From: Bacilli bacterium
GTDB taxonomy: Bacteria > Bacillota_I > Bacilli_A > RFN20 > CAG-826
Assembly: GCA_022641095.1 (NCBI GenBank)
Contig: JALCDB010000002.1
Coordinates: forward strand, 62,792 to 126,791
Reading direction: 5' to 3'
DNA length: 64,000 bases
Shown here: positions 9,027 through 18,311 of the stretch, piece after piece
Layout of the letters: every line of letters starts with the position of its first letter
Numbering within the stretch: position 1 is the first letter of the stretch
Notes under the pieces: model-generated
Told to the model about the DNA's origin: nothing
The model's input: only the letters and a program-made list of their open reading frames with translations
The model's database searches: none
Made by a program: the position numbers and the translations under genes

Positions 9027-10784
9027 ATGCTTAAAATCACGAGATTATGGGCTAAATCAACAGACGGATCCATGTCGGAGATCCCTTTCACCGATGGATT
9101 GAATATTATCCACGGCCCATCAAACACCGGAAAGACTGTCATTGTCGACTGCATCGACTATATCTTCGGCGGCAAATTCACTCCAAATCCAACTCTAAAC
9201 CTCGAAGTGGTGGGAATGGATATGGATGCAAACGGGCATCATTATCACCTAAGTAGGGCATTCAATAGTCCTAACGTCCACGTTGAATCGGACGATGATA
9301 ACATCAAAGACGGAGATTACAGCTCACAGAAAAAACCTTCGCTTGGAGATATATATCTCCGTATGCTTGGAATGGAGCCTCCGATCAAGATCCTGTCATC
9401 GCTTAGCTATACCTTCCAGAACCTAACGTTTAGGGAGTTCTCCCATACCATCGTTTTGAAAGAGGATGACATAAGGGATAGAAAAAGCATTCTTATGCCA
9501 ACCCAGAAGACGTCCGAGACCGTCCTCAAATCGGCGGTACTTTATTTGATAAATGGGCTCACCTACGCGGATCCGAACATCGAGAGCCCTAAGGAGCGTG
9601 CGAAAAGGAAAAAGATCCTGGCGAAATATATCAACGAGAGGATCGGCAAATATAAAACCCTCATAGAACAATATGAGAAGGACAAAAAAGAAGGCTCTGA
9701 TCAGTTCAAGACATCGATTGACGATATTTTGGGCCAAATCGAGTCCACGCAAGGCCAGTTGAACGATAATATCGCCGCTTCGGGAAAACTATCTGGCGAG
9801 TTGATGGAAATCAGCGACAAGATCGCCGAATGCGAGAACCTTGGTGACAAATATACGATTCTTCATTCTCAATATGAGTCCGATCTCCGCAGAATGCAGC
9901 TCATCATAGATGGCGAAACGCATGCGGACGAAGTCGAGAAGATCACTAAGTGTCCGTTCTGCAACGGAGAGCTGCCTAAAGAACAGGAGCAATCCTGCGT
10001 TGAAGCGGCACAAGCTGAATTGCTTAAACTGATCCCTCAAATCAAGGACCTCGAAGATGCTCAGGGTGATCTAGTCAAGGAAAAGGAAGAACTCCAAGCC
10101 AAGAAAGCCGAACTTGAAGGAAAGATAAATGAGCTCGAGGCCAAGATCAACAGCGAGATCAAACCGCTTTTAGCAAAGCTAAGGAATCAACTCAACCTTT
10201 ACAAGGAATCTATCCATAGCGAGGCGGAATATGAAAGCGATAAAAAGATCCTCGCCGATTTGGAGAACCAGCTACGCGAATTGACCGAGGAAAAAGTCGA
10301 GAACGAACGCTTTAATCAGCTCGAGTGCTTCGATGACAGGTTCATCAACACGATAACCAGATATCTCAGAGAGGCATTGGCCGCCTCGAATTACGAGGGT
10401 GCCGAAACATGCATATTTGACATTAATCAGTTCGATGTCAGGGTTAACGGCCAAATGAAACAGCACGAAGGCGAAGGCTACCGCGGATTGCTTAATTCGA
10501 TCACGGCTGTCGCGTTCCACAGGATGCTGCTAGACAACGCCAAATATAAACCTGGATTGCTAATCATGGATTCGCCGATCCTGTCATTGAAGGAAGCGGA
10601 TAGTGTTCCGTTGGACGACTCAATGAAGAAGGGGTTATTCAACTACCTGGCACAGACCGCCGAGAACATGCAGATCATAGTGGTGGAGAACGAGCTGCCT
10701 GAATTCGACAGCGAGAAAGCCAACCTGATCCATTTCACAAAAGACGACAATGGCCGCTACGGCTTCATATCAAACGTCAGATAA
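9027..10784 (+). CDS. SMC/Rad50-like ABC ATPase with a central coiled coil bearing a CxxC hook-like motif (Lamassu LmuB / DUF3732-like)
   Basis: Walker A IIHGPSNTGKTV. Long heptad-rich middle region with CPFCNG. C-terminal GEGYRGLLNSITAVAFHRML…PGLLIMDSPILSLKE (Walker B/D-loop-like). Confidence 0.6.
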   Translation: MLKITRLWAKSTDGSMSEIPFTDGLNIIHGPSNTGKTVIVDCIDYIFGGKFTPNPTLNLEVVGMDMDANGHHYHLSRAFNSPNVHVESDDDNIKDGDYSSQKKPSLGDIYLRMLGMEPPIKILSSLSYTFQNLTFREFSHTIVLKEDDIRDRKSILMPTQKTSETVLKSAVLYLINGLTYADPNIESPKERAKRKKILAKYINERIGKYKTLIEQYEKDKKEGSDQFKTSIDDILGQIESTQGQLNDNIAASGKLSGELMEISDKIAECENLGDKYTILHSQYESDLRRMQLIIDGETHADEVEKITKCPFCNGELPKEQEQSCVEAAQAELLKLIPQIKDLEDAQGDLVKEKEELQAKKAELEGKINELEAKINSEIKPLLAKLRNQLNLYKESIHSEAEYESDKKILADLENQLRELTEEKVENERFNQLECFDDRFINTITRYLREALAASNYEGAETCIFDINQFDVRVNGQMKQHEGEGYRGLLNSITAVAFHRMLLDNAKYKPGLLIMDSPILSLKEADSVPLDDSMKKGLFNYLAQTAENMQIIVVENELPEFDSEKANLIHFTKDDNGRYGFISNVR

Positions 10785-10802
10785 AACGTTATATAAGAAC
10801 AC

Positions 10803-10834
10803 GCCTCATCACGCAAAGTGGTGGGGCTTTTTTC
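10803..10834 (+). terminator. Rho-independent terminator closing the nine-gene block
   Basis: GCCTCATCAC-gcaaa-GTGGTGGGGC hairpin (with G·U pairs) followed by TTTTTTC. Confidence 0.5.
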
Positions 10835-10907
10835 ATGTCCGAAAACAGTCTACTTATTTTCACTTATTTTGCACTTATCCTGGCTTTTTGAGTAATCGAA
10901 ATGACCT

Positions 10908-10941
10908 GGGTTAAGATGGATCCGTGGCCGATATAAAGACC
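10908..10941 (+). promoter_or_regulatory. Copy 1 of a conserved phage regulatory element (GGTTA…GTGGCCGAT(A/T)TAAAG…), upstream of the sigma-like gene
   Basis: GGTTAAGATGGATCCGTGGCCGATATAAAGACC. Compare the copies at 15851 and 40018. Confidence 0.35.
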
Positions 10942-11118
10942 ACATAAAACTTCTCGTTGAAGAGATGGGCCCATCGAAACAGCGGGATGCATCGCGGGTT
11001 CCTGGAAAGGGATCACAGCAATGCCTCCTGTTTTCAAAATGCCTTTAAAAGGCAGAAATAGGCCGATCGCTCCGCTTTGCATCCTGCTCCTCAAACGGGA
11101 GAAAGGACCAGCAAAGCT

Positions 11119-11661
11119 ATGACAAACAACGAAAAACCAAAGATCGTAATTGACGACCCATCATTACTCAAACCGACAGAGGACAGACCTTACCCTTACC
11201 AGCTCGAAGGCACGAACATCATCATCTACTTATCGGAGAAGGACTACACCCCGATCCACCGCATGGAGGAAGCCGAACGAATGGCTTCCAGACGCGAGAG
11301 CAGATGCCTGATCCCCGCCAAAGAGCGTGGCGAATGGATGAGGTGCCAGGGTGACTGCTCACAGTGCCCCCGCACCCGCACAGGTCGTCCTCTTTCTTTA
11401 GATCAGCATGCAGAAGAAACGGGAAACGAGCCGGCAGGGGATGACGATATCGCCGCCGAACTGGACAAAAAGGAGCGTTTAGAGAGCCTTTTGTACGCCA
11501 TCCCTGAATTAGATCCAATCGACCAGAAAATCGTGTCCCTGTACCTGAATTACGCAACCGAGAGCCAAATAGCTGCCGAGTGTGGGGTATCGCAGCCCGC
11601 GATAAACAAAAGACTGAAGAATCTCGTCACCAAGCTCAGGGAAATCATCAAAAAATCATGA
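11119..11661 (+). CDS. Sigma-70 region-4-like / phage transcriptional regulator with a Cys cluster
   Basis: C-terminal IVSLYLNYATESQIAAECGVSQPAINKRLKNLVTKLRE is a sigma region 4 HTH. CQGDCSQCP cluster. The track ORF starts at 11077; the ATG at 11119 is preferred. Confidence 0.5.
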   Translation: MTNNEKPKIVIDDPSLLKPTEDRPYPYQLEGTNIIIYLSEKDYTPIHRMEEAERMASRRESRCLIPAKERGEWMRCQGDCSQCPRTRTGRPLSLDQHAEETGNEPAGDDDIAAELDKKERLESLLYAIPELDPIDQKIVSLYLNYATESQIAAECGVSQPAINKRLKNLVTKLREIIKKS

Positions 11662-11665
11662 TCCA

Positions 11666-11715
11666 GGTTATAAGGCTCCCCCTAGAAGTCCGAATTAAAG
11701 TGAGGCCGATAGATG
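11666..11715 (+). promoter_or_regulatory. Copy 2 (rearranged variant) of the conserved phage regulatory element
   Basis: GGTTATAAGG…AGTCCGAATTAAAGTGAGGCCGATAGATG, followed by AAGGAGG and an ATG (a 48-codon ORF at 11725-11871). Confidence 0.35.
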
Positions 11716-11870
11716 ACCTTAAAGGAGGACCCGAATGGAAGACTTAAAAAGCCCCGCCGATGAGCTTCAGCAAGCAATCGAAGCCTTGGCGGCAATATCT
11801 CTCACCTCTGATCTTCTGGCAAAGAAGCTAATAGGCCTTTCGCTAAAGATAAAGGAGGGCCAAGACCAGA

Positions 11871-12173
11871 ATGAGCGAAAACAATCTTAAAAAGGTTGAT
11901 GAGCTAGTGGTGGACTTGATCGAAAAACTAACCGATCTCCACGAAAAGCTCAACCAACCAAAGAAGGAGAAGCAAGCTCCTGCACCCGAACCTAAGCCGG
12001 AAATCAAACTCGAAGACGTACGCCACGTACTAGCCGAGATTGCCAGGGACGGAAAGGCCGAAGAGGTGCGTAAGTTGCTCGCTAAGCACAATGCTAAGCG
12101 TCTATCCGAAGTAAAACCGGAGGAATACGCAACCTTGCTAGAAGAAGCAAAGGACCTCAGCAATGCCGGCTAA
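11871..12173 (+). CDS. Hypothetical phage protein (100 aa, charged, helical)
   Basis: ORF with RBS; first long gene of the replication module. Confidence 0.4.
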   Translation: MSENNLKKVDELVVDLIEKLTDLHEKLNQPKKEKQAPAPEPKPEIKLEDVRHVLAEIARDGKAEEVRKLLAKHNAKRLSEVKPEEYATLLEEAKDLSNAG

Positions 12174-12345
12174 AGGGCATGCGTTGCTTGGTCCATCGGC
12201 TAGCCATATATGGCTAAAATGTCCGCCTTCAGCCCGTCTATCCGAATTCATCAAGGACCAGGAAACGGAGTTCACGAAGGAGGGCGAAGCGGCACATCAG
12301 CTCGCCGAGAACAAATTAAAGGAGGCGTTATCACATGAAAGATAA
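12163..12345 (+). pseudogene. N-terminal fragment (60 aa) of the Cas4-like DUF2800 nuclease, in a different frame from the main body
   Basis: HALLGPSASHIWLKCPPSARL is the conserved N-terminus of DUF2800/Cas4-like phage exonucleases, including the N-terminal Cys ligand. Confidence 0.45.
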
Positions 12346-13294
12346 TGATCCCCGCAACTCCTCGTTCTATACCGAGGAAATGGAAGAAACCACGTCCAAC
12401 TACGTGTCCTACATCCTTGAGCTTCTTAAAGAGGTGAAGGGCACCTGCCGCGATCCGATCGTGATGGTGGAACAACAGGTCGACATATCAAAGTACGTCC
12501 CTGAGTCATTCGGAACGGTTGACGCGTGCATAGTGGGAAGTGGAATCCTCCATATCGTGGACTTCAAATATGGCAAAGGCGTCCCAGTCAGTGCCATCGA
12601 GAATCCACAGATGAAACTCTACGCCCTTGGGTGTTTGGAGATGTTCGACTGCCTGTATGAAATCGACCAAATCGAGATGCATATCTTCCAGCCTAGACTA
12701 TCCAATCTCAGCAGCTTCTCCATGAAAAAGGAGGAACTGATCAAATGGGCGGAAGAAGTCCTCATCCCGACAGCCAAATTGGCCTACGAAGGCAAAGGCG
12801 AGTTCAACGCCGGCGATCACTGCAGGTTCTGCAAGTCCAGAGCGACATGCCGAGCCAGGGCGGAGAAAAACCTAAAGCTAGCGGACTACGACAACCAGAA
12901 GCCACCTCTATTAACCGATGACGAAATCGAAGAAGTTCTGGAAAAGGTCGATGATCTGACCGCTTGGGCGAACGCCATAAAGGACTACGCTCTGCACGAA
13001 GCCATGAATGGCAAGAAATGGAAGAATTGGAAACTCGTGGAAGGGCGATCCAACCGCAAGTTCTCCGATGACCAGGCTGTGGCCGAAGCCGTAATCGCTG
13101 CTGGCTTAGATCCTTACGAAAAGAAGTTACTCAGTATTACTGAACTTCAGAAAAGGATCGGAAAAACAACCTTCGCCGAAGTGGTGGAGAGATTCGTTAT
13201 CAAGCCAGCCGGAAAGCCAACTTTAGTACCTCGATCCGATCGCAGGGAAGAAATCAACAGTGCCGCATCTGATTTTGCGGACTTAGACAATTGA
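12335..13294 (+). CDS. PD-(D/E)xK Cas4-like exonuclease, DUF2800 family (main body)
   Basis: IVDFKYGKG (PD-(D/E)xK core) and a C-terminal C-x2-C-x5-C cluster (DHCRFCKSRATCRA). Confidence 0.65.
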   Translation: MKDNDPRNSSFYTEEMEETTSNYVSYILELLKEVKGTCRDPIVMVEQQVDISKYVPESFGTVDACIVGSGILHIVDFKYGKGVPVSAIENPQMKLYALGCLEMFDCLYEIDQIEMHIFQPRLSNLSSFSMKKEELIKWAEEVLIPTAKLAYEGKGEFNAGDHCRFCKSRATCRARAEKNLKLADYDNQKPPLLTDDEIEEVLEKVDDLTAWANAIKDYALHEAMNGKKWKNWKLVEGRSNRKFSDDQAVAEAVIAAGLDPYEKKLLSITELQKRIGKTTFAEVVERFVIKPAGKPTLVPRSDRREEINSAASDFADLDN

Positions 13295-13881
13295 AAGGAA
13301 ATGTAACCAACATGACAAAAGTTAACTCCCATCCTACCAAAGTCATTACTGGCAAGGATACCAGATGGTCCTACGCAAACGTGTGGGAACCTCGTGCATC
13401 TGCAGAAGGTGCGACCCCTAAATATTCGATCTCACTCATCATCCCTAAGACTGACACCGTTACGATCGCCAAGATCAACGCTGCCATCGAAGCGGCCTAC
13501 AACGAAGGCCAATTCAAGCTCAGAGGCAACGGGAAGACTGTTCCTCCTCTTGCTTCCTTGAAAACCCCTCTCCGCGATGGAGATGTGGAACGTCCTGACG
13601 ATCCTGCTTATAAAAACGCATATTTCGTCAACGCAAACGGCACACAAGCCCCGGAGATCGTTGATGCGGCTTGTAATCCAATCCTCGTTCATTCCGAGGT
13701 CTACAGCGGCGTTTACGGAAGAGCTTCTATCTCCTTCTACGCTTACTCATCCAACGGTTCCCGCGGTATCGCCTGCGGATTGAATAATCTCCAAAAGATC
13801 CGCGATGGTGAACCTTTAGGTTCCAAATCAACTGCAGAGAGCGATTTCGCTACTGATGAGTCCGAAGACTTCCTCGACTAA
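13291..13881 (+). CDS. Phage protein, DUF2815-like (putative ssDNA-binding), partner of DUF2800
   Basis: Position and size (196 aa) are typical of the DUF2800–DUF2815–PolA module. Confidence 0.45.
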   Translation: MKGNVTNMTKVNSHPTKVITGKDTRWSYANVWEPRASAEGATPKYSISLIIPKTDTVTIAKINAAIEAAYNEGQFKLRGNGKTVPPLASLKTPLRDGDVERPDDPAYKNAYFVNANGTQAPEIVDAACNPILVHSEVYSGVYGRASISFYAYSSNGSRGIACGLNNLQKIRDGEPLGSKSTAESDFATDESEDFLD

Positions 13882-15844
13882 AACCCTGTCGATCGATATC
13901 GAGACTTATAGCAGCAACAATCTAAACGAATGCGGAGTCTACAAATATTGCGAAGCACCTGATTTTGAGATCTTGCTCTTCGGATATTCCGTGGACGGCG
14001 GTGATGTGCAGGTGGTTGATCTTGCTGATGGCGAGGTTATACCGCCGCACATCATTTCTTTAATAAAAAGCGATGACTGCCTCAAATACAGCTTCAATTG
14101 CTCATTCGAAAGGATCTGCCTATCTCGATTCCTCGGCATGAAGACCGGAGAGTACTTGGCTCCGGAAAGCTGGCGATGCACGATGGTGGCTTCAAGCTAT
14201 CTCGGGCTTCCTCTATCTCTAAAAGGCGTAGGTGCAGTTCTGGGCCTTGACGAGCAGAAAATGGAGGAGGGTAAAGAACTAATAAAGTTCTTTTGCACCC
14301 CGGTAAAACCAAGCAAGGCGAACGGTGGAGTCACCAGAAACCTATTCAAATACAACACCTACAAACGCGACATGATGATCAAGTACTGCAAACGCGATGT
14401 CGAAGTACAGATGAACATCCAGAAGCGTCTTGAAAACTACCCACTTCCCGATTGGCTATGGGCCGAATATCACCTCGATCAACGCATCAACGACAGGGGT
14501 GTGTTCCTGGACCAGGAACTCGCCGCTAAGGCGATAAAGATTGATGGAATTATCCATCAAGAGCTCGAAAAAGCCATGACCGAGATCACGGAGATCGACA
14601 ACCCGAACTCCCCAGCACAGATCAAGGTGTGGTTAGCCAAATATGGCGTTGAGCCGGAAGACCTCGGCAAAAAGAGCGTTGCGGCCCTTGAGAAGGAATT
14701 CTCCGGGAACGATATCGGCGATGTCATGAGGCTTCGCCAAATGCTCGCAAAAACGTCAACCAAAAAGTACGAACGAATGATGTCCGCGGTGTGCTCTGAC
14801 GGAAGGATCCGCGGCATGTTCCAATTTTATGGAGCGAACCGTACTGGAAGATTTTCTTCCAGACTGGTGCAGTTGCATAACCTTCCGCAGAACAAAATCC
14901 CGGAAATCGGCGTGGTCCGCGATCTGGTCCTCAAGGAAGACGTGGATTCGATCAAAATCCTCTATGAAAACGTCCCCATGGTGCTTTCGCAGCTCATCAG
15001 GACGGCCTTTATCCCAGCCAAGGGCGGAAAGTTCGTGGTTGCGGATTACGCGGCGATAGAAGCCAGGGTATTGGCCTGGTATGCCGGCGAGGAGTGGAGG
15101 ATGAAGGCGTTCGCCAACAACGAGGACATTTATTGCTCATCGGCAAGCAGGATGTTCGGCGTCCCTGTTGTCAAGAACGGCATCAACGGCGACCTCAGAA
15201 AGAAGGGTAAAATCGCCGAGCTCGCTTTGGGCTATGGCGGTGGAGCCGGTGCTTTGATCGCCATGGGTGCCTTGGACGAAGGATCCGGACTCAAGGAAGA
15301 TGACCTCGACCCATTAGTCAAAACGTGGAGAAACGCCAACCCTAAAATAACAAGATTCTGGCGACAAGTCGGCGACACCATCTTGGAAGTGGTCAAGACC
15401 GGCAAATCACTAAAACAGCCATATTCGGTGACCGTTGGAAGGCTCACTTTCACTTACCGCGGATCGATGCTCTTCATCAAACTTCCAAGCGGGAGATGCC
15501 TCTCCTACGTGAAGCCTAAGGTCGTCATTAACAAATTCGGAAGCGAATCCATCTCCTACGAGGGGATAGGCGACCAGAAGAAATGGGCGAGGCTCGAATC
15601 CTATGGGCCTAAGTTCGTTGAGAACATCGTCCAGGCAACCGCACGAGACCTCCTTTGCTACGCCATGCGTAACCTTAAGGACTACCGCATCGTGATGCAC
15701 GTTCATGACGAAGTGATCATCGAGGATTTCGATGGGGTTTCACACGCTTTCATGGAAAAGGAGATGGCCAAGATCCCGGAATGGGCATCCGGCTTGATCC
15801 TTAGGGCGGACGGCTACGAATGTCCCTTTTATCAGAAAGACTGA
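13856..15844 (+). CDS. Family A DNA polymerase (phage-type, with 3'-5' exonuclease domain)
   Basis: LSIDIETYS (Exo I), KYGVEPEDLGKKSV…, RIVMHVHDEVIIE (motif C). Confidence 0.8.
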   Translation: MSPKTSSTKTLSIDIETYSSNNLNECGVYKYCEAPDFEILLFGYSVDGGDVQVVDLADGEVIPPHIISLIKSDDCLKYSFNCSFERICLSRFLGMKTGEYLAPESWRCTMVASSYLGLPLSLKGVGAVLGLDEQKMEEGKELIKFFCTPVKPSKANGGVTRNLFKYNTYKRDMMIKYCKRDVEVQMNIQKRLENYPLPDWLWAEYHLDQRINDRGVFLDQELAAKAIKIDGIIHQELEKAMTEITEIDNPNSPAQIKVWLAKYGVEPEDLGKKSVAALEKEFSGNDIGDVMRLRQMLAKTSTKKYERMMSAVCSDGRIRGMFQFYGANRTGRFSSRLVQLHNLPQNKIPEIGVVRDLVLKEDVDSIKILYENVPMVLSQLIRTAFIPAKGGKFVVADYAAIEARVLAWYAGEEWRMKAFANNEDIYCSSASRMFGVPVVKNGINGDLRKKGKIAELALGYGGGAGALIAMGALDEGSGLKEDDLDPLVKTWRNANPKITRFWRQVGDTILEVVKTGKSLKQPYSVTVGRLTFTYRGSMLFIKLPSGRCLSYVKPKVVINKFGSESISYEGIGDQKKWARLESYGPKFVENIVQATARDLLCYAMRNLKDYRIVMHVHDEVIIEDFDGVSHAFMEKEMAKIPEWASGLILRADGYECPFYQKD

Positions 15845-15850
15845 TGTTCT

Positions 15851-15885
15851 GGTTATAGGTGGCCGATTAGATGTCCGAATTAATA
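15851..15885 (+). promoter_or_regulatory. Copy 3 of the conserved phage regulatory element, upstream of the primase gene
   Basis: GGTTATAGGTGGCCGATTAGATGTCCGAATTAATA, then GAAGGAGG and the ATG at 15905. Confidence 0.4.
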
Positions 15886-15904
15886 TGAAGGAGGTTCCAA
15901 TCTC

Positions 15905-18172
15905 ATGTTTGCATATAGAGCTGATGTTCTTATGGCAAGCGGGAACTGCAGTTATCCGAACAGGATAGAGCTGACCGATGAAGCTAGTCTACGCGAATTG
16001 GTGGTCAAGGACTACGTCTGTGCTCAATACAAGAGCAATTACCGAAGCAACGATAACTTCATCGGATCGGACTGCCTCGCACTCGATTGCGATAACGATC
16101 ATTCAGAAAACCCCGAAGACTGGGTATCGCCTAAGGACCTCAAAGACTGGTTCCCGGGCGTGAAGATCTTCATTCATTACAGCCGATCGAACATGAAGGA
16201 GAAAAATGGCAGCAAGGCCAGACCTCGCTTCCACGCACTCTTCCCGATCGAATACACGGCCGACAAAGAAGCCTACAGGGACCTGAAGAAGAAGGTTAAC
16301 GCTTACTGCCCATACTTCGATAAGCAGGCCCTTGACGCGGCCCGATTCTTCTACGGAACGGAAAACCCGGAAGTGGAAGTGATCGAAGGCGACATAAACC
16401 TTAATGAATTCCTGGACGAAGAGGAGTTCGATGCACACTTCGGCGAGAAGATCCCGTCCGGAAGCAGGAACTCAACGATGTCCAGATTCGCTGCGAAAAT
16501 CCTCAAAAAGTACGGCGACACCGAGGAGGCACACGATCTGTTTCTCGAAGAAGCGGAGAAGTGCGATCCACCCCTCGAAGACGGCGAGCTTAACGCCATC
16601 TGGGGCAGTGCGTTGAGATTCTTCGAAAAGATCTGTAAGGAAGGCGATTACATCCCTCCGGATCAATTCAACGATGACAACTCGTACAAACCCGATGACT
16701 ATTCGGATGTCGGACAGGCGGAGGTGCTTGCTAAATACTTCTCCAGCGAACTGCGTTATTCGCCGCAGACCCATTTCATCAAATTCCGCAAATATTACTG
16801 GGAGGAAAGCGAGCCGGGAAGCCAGGCGAGTGCCCAGGAACTGACCAGAAGGCAGCTCAAGGAGGCAAAACGCCTCATTGCCCAGACCCATAAGAAATTA
16901 AGGGAGACGGGCACGCTTAAGATCCTGGGGTCCGCCTCGAAGGCAAAAGCGGAAGGGCTCATGAGTGATGACCAGAGGGCCGCGTTGGCGGATTACGATG
17001 ACGCGATGAGGTACCTTGCCTTCGTTATCAAACGCAGGGACAGCAAAAACATAACAGCCACTCTTAAAGAGTGCAGGCCAATGCTAGAGATCAACGTGAG
17101 CGACCTTGACAGCGATCCGTTCCTCCTCAATACGCCTAATGCTACCTATGACCTAAGGCTCGGCCTTGCCGGTGCCAGGGATCACAAAAGCGAGGACTTC
17201 ATCACGAAGATCACCAGCGTATCACCTAGCAACAAAGGCAAAAAGCAGTGGACCGACTTCCTTGAAACCGTCTTCAGCGGCGACAAAGACCTGATCGAGT
17301 ACGTCCAGCTCATCTGCGGGCTGGCGGCGATAGGGAAGGTCTACATCGAGGCTTTGATCATCTCCTATGGAGAAGGCGGCAACGGAAAGTCCACGTTCTG
17401 GAACGCGATCGCTAAGGTGTTCGGGCTCTATTACGGGAACATATCCGCCGACACGCTGACCGTGGGGTGCAAAAGGAACGTCAAGCCGGAAATGGCGGAG
17501 GTAAAAGGGAAAAGGCTCCTGATCGCCTCCGAAAGCCAAGAAGGTGCAAGGCTCAACGACTCAACGGTCAAACAGCTATGCTCCACGGACGATATATTCG
17601 CGGAGAAGAAGTACAAGGATCCGTTCTCTTTCAAGCCATGCCACACACTTGTCCTTTACACGAATCACCTGCCCAGGGTATCAGCCAGCGATGACGGAAT
17701 CTGGCGTAGGCTCATAGTCATTCCTTTTAGGAATAAGCTCACCGGGAAGGGCGATATCAAAAACTACGGCGAGATCCTTTATGAGAACTGCGGGGAATAC
17801 ATACTCTCCTGGATCATAGAGGGTGCCCAGAAAGTCATCTCCCTGGATTTCACGATCCCGGTTCCGAAAGTGGTGCAGGACGCCATAGACGAATACAAGG
17901 AGCAAAACGACTGGTTCCATCATTTCATCGCCGACAAATGCGAGGTGGATCCAAGCTTCAAGGAAAGCTCCAATGCCCTCTACACGGCTTACCGCCTGTA
18001 CTGCACCGAAAACAACGAATTCACGCGAAGCACGACTGATTTCTACGAAGCCTTGGAACGAAACAAGTTCAAAAGGCTCACGTCAAAGCGAAAGAAGTAC
18101 TTTATCGGATTAAGGCTCAAACCCGATGGCGGCGACTTCGATGATGAAACCGAGCCAATACTTACAAAGTAA
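15905..18172 (+). CDS. Phage/plasmid primase (P4-type, D5-N/VirE-like) with C-terminal P-loop NTPase
   Basis: N-terminal primase-polymerase region and YGEGGNGKSTFWNAI Walker A. Typical 755-aa primase-helicase. Confidence 0.7.
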   Translation: MFAYRADVLMASGNCSYPNRIELTDEASLRELVVKDYVCAQYKSNYRSNDNFIGSDCLALDCDNDHSENPEDWVSPKDLKDWFPGVKIFIHYSRSNMKEKNGSKARPRFHALFPIEYTADKEAYRDLKKKVNAYCPYFDKQALDAARFFYGTENPEVEVIEGDINLNEFLDEEEFDAHFGEKIPSGSRNSTMSRFAAKILKKYGDTEEAHDLFLEEAEKCDPPLEDGELNAIWGSALRFFEKICKEGDYIPPDQFNDDNSYKPDDYSDVGQAEVLAKYFSSELRYSPQTHFIKFRKYYWEESEPGSQASAQELTRRQLKEAKRLIAQTHKKLRETGTLKILGSASKAKAEGLMSDDQRAALADYDDAMRYLAFVIKRRDSKNITATLKECRPMLEINVSDLDSDPFLLNTPNATYDLRLGLAGARDHKSEDFITKITSVSPSNKGKKQWTDFLETVFSGDKDLIEYVQLICGLAAIGKVYIEALIISYGEGGNGKSTFWNAIAKVFGLYYGNISADTLTVGCKRNVKPEMAEVKGKRLLIASESQEGARLNDSTVKQLCSTDDIFAEKKYKDPFSFKPCHTLVLYTNHLPRVSASDDGIWRRLIVIPFRNKLTGKGDIKNYGEILYENCGEYILSWIIEGAQKVISLDFTIPVPKVVQDAIDEYKEQNDWFHHFIADKCEVDPSFKESSNALYTAYRLYCTENNEFTRSTTDFYEALERNKFKRLTSKRKKYFIGLRLKPDGGDFDDETEPILTK

Positions 18173-18311
18173 GTAAAACCAAATAGCGACATGGTCTGTC
18201 ATAGTCAAATCCAAAAATCCTCTATAAGGCAGAAAAAACAGCAATATAGAAAAGTTTAGGAAATGAGTATGAACGACCGTGTCATCCAAGCCAAATTAGG
18301 AGGAAAAAATC

